Position numbers and translations under genes: made by a program. A model generated the notes under the pieces. The model saw only the letters and a list, made by a program, of their open reading frames with translations, did not search any database and was not told where the DNA came from. From NCBI GenBank assembly GCA_051117555.1, contig JBNPEG010000091.1:1-23258 (forward strand): DNA of 23,258 bases. Reading direction: 5' to 3'. Positions 9,015 through 18,178 of this stretch are shown here, in pieces (position 1 is the stretch's first letter; the number at the start of each line of letters is the position of its first letter). This stretch comes from Elainellaceae cyanobacterium. Its GTDB lineage: Bacteria > Cyanobacteriota > Cyanobacteriia > CAZCXK01.

Positions 9015-9317
9015 CTACTTTTTCTCAACGGTTTGTTGACGATGTCTCACGGCTTGAGCAAAGCCCAGAGCAATCAGAATGTTGGACAGGGTTAGAAAAA
9101 ACTCTGCCCCACCATGCAAAAAATCAATGTTTGCAAGGGATTCACCGTAATTAGACTGGGCATATAGACCCGCAGGTATCGTCACAGCGACAAACAGCAG
9201 CGTACCGTAAAACCCCACTAATGCAAGACGGGGCGTTTGCCCAGATCGCGTGAGGAACCACAAGAAAGCCAAGTATGGAAATAGGGATGCCCCAAACAAC
9301 ATATCTTTGAGAGTCAT
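9015..9317 (-). CDS. DUF3593 family small membrane protein
   Basis: Motifs LFGASLFPYLAFLWFL, GFYGTLLFVAVTIPAG, LANIDFLHGGAEFFLTLSN; adjacent to DUF2499 as is usual in cyanobacteria. Confidence 0.85.
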   Translation of the reverse strand: MTLKDMLFGASLFPYLAFLWFLTRSGQTPRLALVGFYGTLLFVAVTIPAGLYAQSNYGESLANIDFLHGGAEFFLTLSNILIALGFAQAVRHRQQTVEKK

Positions 9318-9326
9318 AGGAAAAAT

Positions 9327-9701
9327 TTATGGATTGAGAGACGACGACGGAGATGATTTAGCATCAGCAGGAGCATCTTGAGCCGGAGAAGACTCTGAGG
9401 CGTCAGCAGGTCGGGGCGATCGCCAGATCCACCAGGCGGCAATACCGAGTGTTGTATTCCCCACAAACGTCATTGTTGCCTGCACAGTCACAAGCCAATC
9501 GAGCGACGCTGGATTATCGAAGAAATGCCAGGTACAGGCACACATGGCACCAATAAGCGCTGGAAACATACCTAGCGACAGGGCTCGCCATGCTTTATTC
9601 TGGCTGACCTCGCTGTAAATCCAGATCAGCCACATTGCTGTTGCCCATTCAATCACGCTAGAGATGTGAATGACCCACGTAGGAATAGAAAGAGCGTTCA
9701 T
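9327..9701 (-). CDS. DUF2499 (Ycf49-like) membrane protein
   Basis: Motifs MNALSIPTWVIHISSVIEW, AMCACTWHFFDN, LVTVQATMTFVGN. Confidence 0.87.
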   Translation of the reverse strand: MNALSIPTWVIHISSVIEWATAMWLIWIYSEVSQNKAWRALSLGMFPALIGAMCACTWHFFDNPASLDWLVTVQATMTFVGNTTLGIAAWWIWRSPRPADASESSPAQDAPADAKSSPSSSLNP

Positions 9702-9737
9702 AGATGGTTGAGAATAAGGGGGAGAGTAAGGGAGTAG

Positions 9738-9838
9738 GGGAGCCGGATCGAAGTCCCTCTCACGCTTTGGGAGACGGGTTTAGGGTGTAGACGCGCAGCG
9801 GCTTCTCTAGGAGTGGGCTACCAAAGTGACATGCACCC
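9738..9838. repeat. Degenerate palindromic intergenic repeat with a ~27-nt short-dispersed-repeat-like insert (~9788-9814)
   Basis: AAGTCCCTCTC...GGGAGACGGGTTTAGGGTG hairpin element, interrupted by TAGACGCGCAGCGGCTTCTCTAGGAGT (CGC-GCA-GCG mini-hairpin). Flanked by G-rich heptamer-like repeats (GGAGTAG, GGGAATT/GGGAGTT). Confidence 0.5.
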
Positions 9839-9958
9839 CTGAGGGCGTGAGGGAATTGGGGAGTTGGGTGATCTTCAAGTTTCAATATTGGACTCTCAAC
9901 TAAACTCCTCTATCCCGGTATTGTAAGGGGTATGTTGACAGAGGCAAGTGGAGAGCAG

Positions 9959-11002
9959 ATGCGAGCGGTCTTGTGTGGATACTATGGCAAGGGCAATGGC
10001 GGCGATGAAGCCCTATTAGCAACCCTACTTCAAATGCTGCCTGAGCATGTAAAGCCGATTGTGCTATCGGGCAATCCATCTCAAACCTATGAGCAGTATC
10101 GAGTCGCAACCTGCAACCGGACATCAGCATTTGCCGTAATGCAGGCACTCCAGCAGGCGGATGCGTTCATCTGGGGCGGTGGCAGTCTGATGCAAGATGC
10201 AACGAGTGCTATTAGCCCCATCTATTACGGTGGATTAATGGGTTTGGCTCAACGAATGGGACTCAAAACCATTGCCTGGGCACAAGGAATTGGCCCCCTG
10301 CGGCGAGGACTGACGCGATGGTTAACGCAGCAATGCTTTGCAGGATGTACTGAAACCAGCGTGCGCGATCGCACGTCAGCAGCGCTCTTAGCCCAGTGGA
10401 AGATTCCCGTGACCCTGGCTCCTGATCCGGTCTGGGCACTATCAGCTCAGCCGGTTCCGGGGTTATGGGAGTTGCCCGCTCCCCGCGTAGCGGTCGTCCT
10501 CCGTCCTCATCCCCAGCTAACTCCAGCCCGCATTCAGACACTGACTCAGGCGTTGATTGCGTTCCAGAAAGCAACGCAGGTGTGTATTTTGCTGATTCCG
10601 TTTCAGCCTGCCCAAGATCTGGCATTAGCGCATCAAATCCAACCGCAATTGCCCGGTCCTAGTCACATTCTGACGCTCACCAATCCCCACCAACTCAGAG
10701 GCGTGTTTCAAGGCGTCGAAATGGCGATCGCCATGCGCTTTCACGGATTAATCATGGCAGCCGCCTCAGAATGTCGATGTTTTGCGCTGAGCTATGACCC
10801 CAAAGTCAGTCAGCTTATGGACGACCTCGATCTCCCGGGATGGGCGCTCAATCAATTACCGGATGATCCCAATCAGGTGAGCCGGACATGGCTGGAATAC
10901 TATGCCAACGGCGATGCGCTCTCACCTGTTCAGATTCAGTCTCATGTCGATCGCGCGTTAATTCACCAAGAGGTGCTTAGGTCGGCACTCGACATTCCCT
11001 GA
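9959..11002 (+). CDS. csaB: Polysaccharide pyruvyl transferase CsaB
   Basis: Motifs MRAVLCGYYGKGNGGDEALL, WGGGSLMQDATS, WAQGIGPL, SVRD, AMRFHGLI, LSYDPKV. Start set at ATG 9959 (GGAG upstream) rather than 9932. Confidence 0.93.
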   Translation: MRAVLCGYYGKGNGGDEALLATLLQMLPEHVKPIVLSGNPSQTYEQYRVATCNRTSAFAVMQALQQADAFIWGGGSLMQDATSAISPIYYGGLMGLAQRMGLKTIAWAQGIGPLRRGLTRWLTQQCFAGCTETSVRDRTSAALLAQWKIPVTLAPDPVWALSAQPVPGLWELPAPRVAVVLRPHPQLTPARIQTLTQALIAFQKATQVCILLIPFQPAQDLALAHQIQPQLPGPSHILTLTNPHQLRGVFQGVEMAIAMRFHGLIMAAASECRCFALSYDPKVSQLMDDLDLPGWALNQLPDDPNQVSRTWLEYYANGDALSPVQIQSHVDRALIHQEVLRSALDIP

Positions 11003-11196
11003 TTCCTAAATCTCCCGTTCCTACGGAACAAACCGTCCCCTTTGAAGGACTAGTAAGGATGCAGTCAACGTCTGGCAATTATCCGCTGGCGATCGCCTAA
11101 TTCTCATCTTGACCCCAAAAACCTCTAGCTGATTGCCTGCTATCTAAGCCATTTGCCCTATTTTCGTGGTGTAATCGAAAACGGTACGCAGTTCGG

Positions 11197-11202
11197 TATG
11201 AT
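11197..11202 (+). promoter_or_regulatory. Putative -10 element for psbI
   Basis: TATGAT about 30 nt upstream of the psbI ATG; a GGAGG ribosome-binding site follows at ~11219-11224. Confidence 0.4.
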
Positions 11203-11231
11203 GAGTAAAGCCAATTGCTGGAGGGACTGCA

Positions 11232-11348
11232 ATGCTTACCTTGAAAATTGCTGTCTATATCGTTGTTCTCTTTTTTATCTCCTTGTTCGTCTTTGGGTTC
11301 TTGTCGAATGATCCGGCTCGGAACCCCAAGCGTCGGGATTTAGAATAG
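11232..11348 (+). CDS. psbI: Photosystem II reaction centre protein I (absent from the ORF track)
   Basis: Manual translation gives [38 protein letters not shown] (38 aa), with the canonical [11 protein letters not shown] motif and a GGAGG RBS. Confidence 0.98.
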   Translation: MLTLKIAVYIVVLFFISLFVFGFLSNDPARNPKRRDLE

Positions 11349-11374
11349 ACAGCCTGGATCACTGCTCTGATAGG

Positions 11375-11403
11375 TTCCTCAGGTCGTAGACCGAGTTGAG
11401 GAA
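11375..11403 (+). other. Stem-loop between psbI and the DUF3769 gene
   Basis: TTCCTCA-GGTC-gta-GACC-gagt-TGAGGAA with no U-tract; more likely a stabilising or processing hairpin than a full terminator. Confidence 0.45.
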
Positions 11404-11450
11404 GGTCAGCACATATCCGGGCTGCCCGTCTGATTCGTGGTGTTTGGAGT

Positions 11451-14400
11451 ATGCCTTACCCGGTTCCGCCGCCTCCCCCTCCTCCTGTTATCAATGATCT
11501 ACAGCCTGGGGATTCTGCCTTAGCGACCTCTACACCTCACCGTGTAGAGGATAATATTGTCGCGCCCGTCAATTCTTCGCCATCGTCGGTCAACTCTGAG
11601 CGATTTCCGCCTGAGCGATCGGTCGTGGTGGAAACTTTGGCGGGCGTTGATAGTCTCGATCAAAATCTGGCAACCTCTGCTGATGCCCTTGGAGCCCCGA
11701 TCTCACGTGGGTTGTCAGGCGATCGCCTAGAATTGCCACTTGTGCAACCGGCACCTGAGAGCGATGAGTCGCTTGAAGTTGGATTTGTCACGCTTCCGGC
11801 TGACGCGATGCCCTCATCGACTCGCCAGTTTGATCCGAGTGATTCGAGTCTATTCGTGCTTCAAGACAGTCCTTACGACAATCTGCACGATGACCCAGTA
11901 GACGCCGAGGCTAAATCCGCCGTTCAACCCGTTTCAGCGCCTATGCCTCCGCAGCGGGTTGCCATTCCGGAAATCGATCGCCTCATCGATCCCCCCGTCC
12001 GTCATTCTGTTCAACTCTCTGCTAGAGGGCAGCAACACCGCCCGATTGAGACATTCAAGCCGCCTGAATCCATCTCGGTGCCCATCCCTCGAGTACGGCG
12101 GGTTGCCATTCCTGAGATTGATCGCCTCATCGATCGCCCCGCCCATCGTCCTGTTAATCTTTCTATCCGACAGCAGCAGGACGTTGAAACCTCAGAGGAG
12201 CTGTTTGAAGACCTATCAGACTCTCTGGAGTCTCTGAGCGAAAGAATCGAACAGGTCGCCGACGCAGGAGAAGCCATACCTCCGTTGGAGGAATGGGAAA
12301 CGGTGATTATTTCAGGCGAGGGATCACGAGCCCAAGCTCAAGATCAAGCACCTGACACGCCTACCCATGACAGAATTCGTCAGCCAAGGCAGTCAGAACC
12401 TGAACCCAATGATTCACTTCCGCTCAATCTAGACGATTCGTTGCCTCTCGATGTCGATGAATCTCCTTCCCAGGAGGATGATTCCAGCCAAGAGAATGGC
12501 GACGCTGAGGAAAATCTAGACCGCGAGCGATCGCCCGATGCCGCCGATGATCCCGTCATTCCTGAGCAGAATGGCGAGGCTGGGGACGATGCAAACGAAC
12601 CGTTGCCCAATCAGACTGATGATCCAGCCACCGGCTTAGACGAGTCTCCATCAGGAGATCTAGAGGCACCGCTGCCCTCAGATCAGTCTGATCCTGATCA
12701 ATCTGATGACGAACTTCCGAGCGATTTAGACCCTGCTGAGGAAGACCCTGCCGCTCCTGCCGCTCCTCCTGTGAATCTCGAAGAGCGGTTCCCCGATGCG
12801 TCGGAGCCGCCTACTCCAGCACGAGGCCCTTCAGCCGAAGAACCGACTGGGGAAGCGCTCGAATTAACCTCTGATCGTCAAACCTACGACCAATTCCGCC
12901 GCATTTTTATCGCAGAAGGCAATGTCGAACTGCTGTTCCGTGAGATAGTTCTCAATGCTGAACGGGTGCAGGTCAATCTGCCGAATCGCGTCGCAGTTGC
13001 AGAAGGCAATATCGTGATTACGCGAGGCGAACAGGTATTGCGGGGCGATCGCCTCGTCTATAACCTCACTCAGGATCAGGGATCCATTCAGAATGCGCGA
13101 GGAGAGGTATTTTTAGCAGAACCCACAGCACCCACCCGAACGACGCCTGTTGAGGAAGATGAGGCTCTACCACCAGGCGATCGCGCCGCCCAAGAACAGC
13201 CCCCCGTCGAGGGCGTATTTAGCTCAGGTGGGATCAACATCAACCTCAGCGGCGGTCGGGTTGGAGGTGTGCAAGGGCAAGCCAGCGGCACGATTCAGCG
13301 CGTCCGCTTCGAAGCCGATGAAATCATGTTTACGGCTTCTGGATGGGAAGCCACGAACGTGCGGATTACGAATGACCCCTTCTCGCCGCCAGAATTGGAA
13401 ATTCGCTCAAACCGAGCCACATTTCGGCAACTCGGGCCGGGTCGGAGCGAGCTGCGAGCCCGTAATCCTCGGCTCGTGATTGACCAAGGGTTCTCGATTC
13501 CGCTTTTGCGAGAGCGGGTAATTATCGACAATCGCAGCCGTAATGCCGGACTTGTCACCTTCGGATTTGATCAGGAAGACCGGGGAGGGCTGTTTGTAGA
13601 ACGAACCTTTGAGCCGTTTGTCAATCCTTTCTTCCGCCTCAGTATTACTCCGCAAATTTTGCTGCAACGCGCCATTGACAATAGCGATGGCATTTTCAGC
13701 CCGCAAAACTTTGGTCTGGTGGCCAATCTCGATGCCAATATCGACTTGCGAACCACATTCGAAAGCGAGGTCACGCTCACGAGTCTTGATTTTGGGGATG
13801 AGGAGTTTGCTGATGATAACCTCCGCGCACTCGTGCGGCTGCGGCGACAAGTCCTCAACAATCACACGGTTACGCTGGAGTATAACTATCGCGATCGCCT
13901 GTTTAACGGCTCTCTCGGGTTCCAAACCGTGGATGAAAGTTTTGGCGTTATTTTCACCTCACCGATTCGGCGTCTTGGCAATACGGGCATTGATTTAAGC
14001 TATCAAGCCAGCATTCAGCGCATCACAGACGACATCAACGGCGATCGCATCGACGATATTCTCGGCCCCTTTGACGAACGGGAGAACGATATTGGCACGC
14101 TGACACGCTACCAAGTCGCGGCTGAATTGCGGCGACTCTTTTTCCTCTGGTCGGGGACGGCGCTGCCTCCCACTCCTGAAGAGGGGCTCAAGTATACGCC
14201 CAATCCGGTCGTCCCCTTTATTGCGGTGCTGCCCACCGTTCGGGGGGTGATGAGCTACTACAGCAGCGGCGACACTCAGCCAATTTTGACAGGGCGATTA
14301 ACGCTGCTGGGGCAGTTTGGCCAATTCTCTCGCCCATATTTTGACTACTTAGGATTCAACGTCTCCTATTCGCGCAGCACCGACGGGAGCGAATCTCCGT

Positions 14401-14699
14401 TTAATTTTGATCGAGTTGCCGACCGAGAAGTCTTCTCAGCAGGAGTAACGGCGCAGCTCTATGGCCCCTTCAGATTTGGATTTCAAACGTTTATTAACCT
14501 TGATTCGGGAGACGGTTTTGATACCAGCTACATTCTGGAATATAGCCGACGCACCTTTGGCGTGACGCTGCGCTATAACCCCGACCGCGAAACGGGCTCC
14601 CTGGGGCTGCGAATTAGCGACTTTAATTGGACAGGAACTCCCGCACCCTTTGATAGCGATCGCACGGTCGAGTCAGGAGTCACCCTCGAACAGCTATGA
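11451..14699 (+). CDS. DUF3769 / LptD(OstA)-like outer-membrane LPS assembly protein with a long acidic low-complexity N-terminus
   Basis: OstA-like segment (LELTSDRQTYD...AEGNV...GEQVLRGDRLVYN), then RITNDPFSPPELE, YNYRDRLFNGSLGFQTV, EYSRRTFGVTLRYNP and a C-terminal RISDFNW. Position downstream of psbI matches known cyanobacterial synteny. Confidence 0.85.
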   Translation: MPYPVPPPPPPPVINDLQPGDSALATSTPHRVEDNIVAPVNSSPSSVNSERFPPERSVVVETLAGVDSLDQNLATSADALGAPISRGLSGDRLELPLVQPAPESDESLEVGFVTLPADAMPSSTRQFDPSDSSLFVLQDSPYDNLHDDPVDAEAKSAVQPVSAPMPPQRVAIPEIDRLIDPPVRHSVQLSARGQQHRPIETFKPPESISVPIPRVRRVAIPEIDRLIDRPAHRPVNLSIRQQQDVETSEELFEDLSDSLESLSERIEQVADAGEAIPPLEEWETVIISGEGSRAQAQDQAPDTPTHDRIRQPRQSEPEPNDSLPLNLDDSLPLDVDESPSQEDDSSQENGDAEENLDRERSPDAADDPVIPEQNGEAGDDANEPLPNQTDDPATGLDESPSGDLEAPLPSDQSDPDQSDDELPSDLDPAEEDPAAPAAPPVNLEERFPDASEPPTPARGPSAEEPTGEALELTSDRQTYDQFRRIFIAEGNVELLFREIVLNAERVQVNLPNRVAVAEGNIVITRGEQVLRGDRLVYNLTQDQGSIQNARGEVFLAEPTAPTRTTPVEEDEALPPGDRAAQEQPPVEGVFSSGGININLSGGRVGGVQGQASGTIQRVRFEADEIMFTASGWEATNVRITNDPFSPPELEIRSNRATFRQLGPGRSELRARNPRLVIDQGFSIPLLRERVIIDNRSRNAGLVTFGFDQEDRGGLFVERTFEPFVNPFFRLSITPQILLQRAIDNSDGIFSPQNFGLVANLDANIDLRTTFESEVTLTSLDFGDEEFADDNLRALVRLRRQVLNNHTVTLEYNYRDRLFNGSLGFQTVDESFGVIFTSPIRRLGNTGIDLSYQASIQRITDDINGDRIDDILGPFDERENDIGTLTRYQVAAELRRLFFLWSGTALPPTPEEGLKYTPNPVVPFIAVLPTVRGVMSYYSSGDTQPILTGRLTLLGQFGQFSRPYFDYLGFNVSYSRSTDGSESPFNFDRVADREVFSAGVTAQLYGPFRFGFQTFINLDSGDGFDTSYILEYSRRTFGVTLRYNPDRETGSLGLRISDFNWTGTPAPFDSDRTVESGVTLEQL
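11954..12180 (+). repeat. Internal 144-bp-period duplication within the DUF3769 N-terminus
   Basis: GCGGGTTGCCATTCC.GA.AT.GATCGCCTCATCGATC starts at 11954 and again at 12098; protein RVAIPEIDRLID occurs twice. Confidence 0.85.
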
Positions 14700-16228
14700 G
14701 GATCTTGATTCTCAGCGTGCTGGTCTTAGGAATCGCAGTGCGAGGTGCAGACCTCGGTAAAAAATTTTACTGGGTTGACGAAGTGCATACGTCGCTGCGG
14801 ATTTCGGGATATACCAAAGCTGACATTGCCGAGGCGCTCTTCGACGGGCGCATTCTTGAAGCAGAGCAGCTTCAGGGCTATTTAGTTCCGACCGAAGACA
14901 CGCAGGTTAGCGATGCGATCGCGTCGCTAATCCAGCATCCTGAACATCCACCGCTGTACTATCTGCTGGCTCGGTTTTGGGTGCAGGCGTTGCAACCGTG
15001 GTGGCAAGACTCGGTGGCGGTTCTTCGGAGTCTTTCAGTTGTGTTTGGGCTAGCGGTTTTGCCAGGCGTATATTGGCTGGGGCGCGAACTGTTTCCATCC
15101 CGTCAGGCGGCTGGCTGGGCAATGGCGATCGCCGCGATTTCTCCCCTCCATATTCTCTATGCCCAGGAAGCACGGCAATATAGCCTGTGGACGCTGATGA
15201 TCGTGCTATCGAGTGCGGCATTGGTGCGGGCAGTTTGTCAGTCTCAGTGGCGAGCGTGGGCGTTGTATGGAATTACGCTCGTCATCGGACTCTACACCCA
15301 CTATTTGTTTACCTTGGTTGCTCTAGGACACGGGATATACAGTGTGGCGATTGTGGCGATCGCCCAATTTGAACCCAAGCATCCCTCGTTTCAAACGCTA
15401 CGTCATTATTTGGTTACAGCGCTGCTCGGCGTTTTGACATTCATGCCGTGGATTATCGTCACGCTCATGTATCGATCCCAGCTTCAAAATGCGATCGATG
15501 CCACTCAGCGAGGCGCATCGGTGTCGTATCTGCTGAATGTCTGGTTTAGAAATCTCAACCGCGTATTTTTCAGCACCGATTTAGCCACATTTAATCTGCT
15601 GCTGGTGCTGCTGACAATCTATGCGCTGTATGTGCTGTGGCATCGCACTCCAATACAGGTGTGGCTGCTGGTAATGACCCTGATTGGCACCCCTGCCACC
15701 GCACTGGTGATTGGAGATGTGATCACCGGTAGTATTGCGTCATCGCGCATTCGATATTTGATTCCGTGCTATCTGGGCATTCAACTGGCGATCGCCCATC
15801 TGTTTTCGGTTCAAATCACCCAATCTCGGCAGTCACGGATTTGGAGCGGCATTGCTGCCCTCGTCCTCACGGGAAGCGTTGTCGCTAGCGTTCTCAATGT
15901 CCAAACCGATGTGACCTGGATTAAAAGCGACAAAGCCGACTATTATCTCCAAATTGTCGAGGCCATTAACACGAGCGATCGCCCCTTGGTGATTAGCGAT
16001 TCATCACCGACCTATGTGCTGGCACTCAGCTATCGGCTCAACCCAACCGTTCACCTTGAACTAATCGGACATCCCAATCAGGTCGAGATTCCTGACGAAT
16101 TCGAGTCTATATTTTTATTTGATCCTTCACCTCGACTCCAGCGCACGCTCACGACTACTCAGAGATACCAGCTTGAGACAGTCGTGAAGCAAAACGAGAA
16201 TTTTCAACTTCTAAAGATATCGCGGTGA
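14696..16228 (+). CDS. GT-C fold glycosyltransferase (family 39/83-like, PMT_2/ArnT-like)
   Basis: WVDEV acidic motif after TM1, EHPPLYYLL, RSLSVVFG, YAQEARQYSLW, LYTHY, RYLIP and many TM segments. ATGA overlap with the DUF3769 stop indicates translational coupling. Confidence 0.88.
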   Translation: MRILILSVLVLGIAVRGADLGKKFYWVDEVHTSLRISGYTKADIAEALFDGRILEAEQLQGYLVPTEDTQVSDAIASLIQHPEHPPLYYLLARFWVQALQPWWQDSVAVLRSLSVVFGLAVLPGVYWLGRELFPSRQAAGWAMAIAAISPLHILYAQEARQYSLWTLMIVLSSAALVRAVCQSQWRAWALYGITLVIGLYTHYLFTLVALGHGIYSVAIVAIAQFEPKHPSFQTLRHYLVTALLGVLTFMPWIIVTLMYRSQLQNAIDATQRGASVSYLLNVWFRNLNRVFFSTDLATFNLLLVLLTIYALYVLWHRTPIQVWLLVMTLIGTPATALVIGDVITGSIASSRIRYLIPCYLGIQLAIAHLFSVQITQSRQSRIWSGIAALVLTGSVVASVLNVQTDVTWIKSDKADYYLQIVEAINTSDRPLVISDSSPTYVLALSYRLNPTVHLELIGHPNQVEIPDEFESIFLFDPSPRLQRTLTTTQRYQLETVVKQNENFQLLKISR

Positions 16229-16263
16229 GGCGCTGTTAACCATTAATCACTTTCCTTCTTCTC

Positions 16264-16293
16264 TTGACAAATCCCAGATTAGCACCGTACATT
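16264..16293 (+). promoter_or_regulatory. Putative sigma70 promoter for the first GT-C-like paralog
   Basis: TTGACA (16264-16269), 18-bp spacer, TACATT (16288-16293); about 40 nt before the ATG at 16335. Confidence 0.45.
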
Positions 16294-16334
16294 CCTTTGC
16301 TGACTCCTGTTTCACATCCTGAGTTTTCCTCTGA

Positions 16335-18074
16335 ATGCTATCCGCCCATTTGCAGCGATTTTTAACCACCCCGGTTTACAAGCTTCGAGACCCCCGGCTG
16401 ACGTTTTGGCTGAGTCTGAGTCTTGTTTTTGCCGTTGTCTATAGCCTGATTGGATTGCAAGCCCCGTTTAGTAGCGCTTATGTAATTCATGACGATGTGC
16501 GATCGCATGTCTTTTGGATGTGGCGATTTTTTGATCCTGCGCTATTTCCCAATGACCTGATTGCCGACTATTTTCAATCGGTTGCTCCTGCCGGATATAC
16601 CACGTTGTATCGGATTGCGGCGGTTTTGGGCATTGATCCGATCGCATTCAACAAAATTCTGCCACTGCCGTTGGTGCTCATTACCACCGTCTATTGCTTT
16701 GGGCTCTGCATGGAGATTTTGGCAGTGCCCGCAGCCGGGTTTCTTGCTACCGTCTTTCTCAACCAAACGATCTGGGCGGTGAATGATGTCGCCTCTGCCA
16801 CGCCCCGGGCATTTCTCTATCCGCTGCTGATGGCGTTTCTCTATTACGTAGCGAAACGGTCTCTGCTTCCCTGCCTGATGGCGATCGCCCTCCAGGGATT
16901 ATTTTATCCGCAGACGTTATTTATCTCCTCCGGGGTTTTGGTTGTGCGAATGATTCGCTGGCAGAATGGACTGCGCGTGTCGCGTGACCCCAAAGACTAC
17001 TGGTTTTGCGCAGCAGGGTTGGGAGTGGCGGCTGTGCTGCTGCTGCCCTATGCGCTGAAAATCTCGGAGTATGGTCCGGTGACGAGTCTGGAAGAGGCTC
17101 GCACGCTGATAACGCTGCAACACACCGGGCGCAAAGACTTTTTTAACCCAAACCCGTGGGAGTTTTGGCTGTGTAACGATCGCTCGGCAATTTTCCCGCT
17201 GGAATGGTGTCGCAATCCGTTTCCGCTGCACGGATGGGCGGCATTGTTGCTGGTGCCGATGCTGACGATGCCCCATCGAGTGCCACTCGTGCGCCAAATA
17301 TCGGAGAATGTCGCGCTACTGCTGCATCTGGCGATCGCCTCCGTCGGCATGTATGCCATTGCTCATGGGCTACTATTTCGGCTGCACTTGCCCAATCGCT
17401 ATACCAAACATAGCTTTCGGATGATCATTGCCGTAGCAGGGGCGATCGCGCTGATCGGGCTTCTCGATGTGATTTTTCGGTGGGCATCAAATCGTCGAGC
17501 GAAATCATCCACCCGTCAAGTTGCTGCGATCGGAGCATCAATTTTATTAGTGGGGATTTTGTTTTCCTATCCCTGGCTGCTGCGTCGCTTCCCCAGCGGC
17601 GATTACGTCGTCGCAGAGCCGCCTGAGCTTTTTGACTTCTTTGCCGCGCAGCCGACCGATACTCTGGTGGCCTCGCTATCGGATCAGGCAAATAATATTC
17701 CTGCACTGTCAAAGCGATCGATCTTGGCAAGTTCAGAAATCGCCAATCCGTATCACTTTGGCTATTATCAGCAAATTTGGGAACGCCAGCTAGATTTGGT
17801 GCAGGCTCAATATAGCGCTGATTTGTCAGAAACCCAGGAAATGATTCGCAAATACGGCATTGACTATTTTCTAATCGACGTCGGAGCATTCAATCCCGAT
17901 TACATTGAGAATGACCGTTGGCTACGCGAAGCCCAACCGATCGCCTCTGATGCAATGGCACGCATGGCTCAAGGCATCAAACCTGCCTTGCAAACGCTGA
18001 TGCAGCCCTGCTCGGTTCTGAAAGTGAATGGAATGGTTGTTGTGGATGCTCAGTGTGTGTTAGAGGCAAGTTGA
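16335..18074 (+). CDS. Multi-pass membrane protein, putative GT-C-like glycosyltransferase (paralog 1)
   Basis: 579 aa. TM1 followed by VIHDDVRSH (acidic dyad), ~10-12 hydrophobic segments and a soluble C-terminal domain (KYGIDYFLID). The ORF is solid; the function is inferred. Confidence 0.75.
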   Translation: MLSAHLQRFLTTPVYKLRDPRLTFWLSLSLVFAVVYSLIGLQAPFSSAYVIHDDVRSHVFWMWRFFDPALFPNDLIADYFQSVAPAGYTTLYRIAAVLGIDPIAFNKILPLPLVLITTVYCFGLCMEILAVPAAGFLATVFLNQTIWAVNDVASATPRAFLYPLLMAFLYYVAKRSLLPCLMAIALQGLFYPQTLFISSGVLVVRMIRWQNGLRVSRDPKDYWFCAAGLGVAAVLLLPYALKISEYGPVTSLEEARTLITLQHTGRKDFFNPNPWEFWLCNDRSAIFPLEWCRNPFPLHGWAALLLVPMLTMPHRVPLVRQISENVALLLHLAIASVGMYAIAHGLLFRLHLPNRYTKHSFRMIIAVAGAIALIGLLDVIFRWASNRRAKSSTRQVAAIGASILLVGILFSYPWLLRRFPSGDYVVAEPPELFDFFAAQPTDTLVASLSDQANNIPALSKRSILASSEIANPYHFGYYQQIWERQLDLVQAQYSADLSETQEMIRKYGIDYFLIDVGAFNPDYIENDRWLREAQPIASDAMARMAQGIKPALQTLMQPCSVLKVNGMVVVDAQCVLEAS

Positions 18075-18079
18075 TTTGT

Positions 18080-18142
18080 AACGTGTGTAGAACCCCCGCC
18101 CTGCGCGGGTTCTACACATAAACTTGAGCCCACAGGGCTATA
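18080..18142 (-). mobile_element. Truncated copy (A) of the ~90-bp TATAGCC-ended MITE family
   Basis: Reverse complement TATAGCCCTGTGGGCTCAAGTTTATGTGTAGAACCCG...GGGGTTCTACACACGTT aligns with the left two-thirds of 20075-20166. Confidence 0.7.
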
Positions 18143-18178
18143 TAATGATGTTCCGATACGGACACCGCACCATCATCT

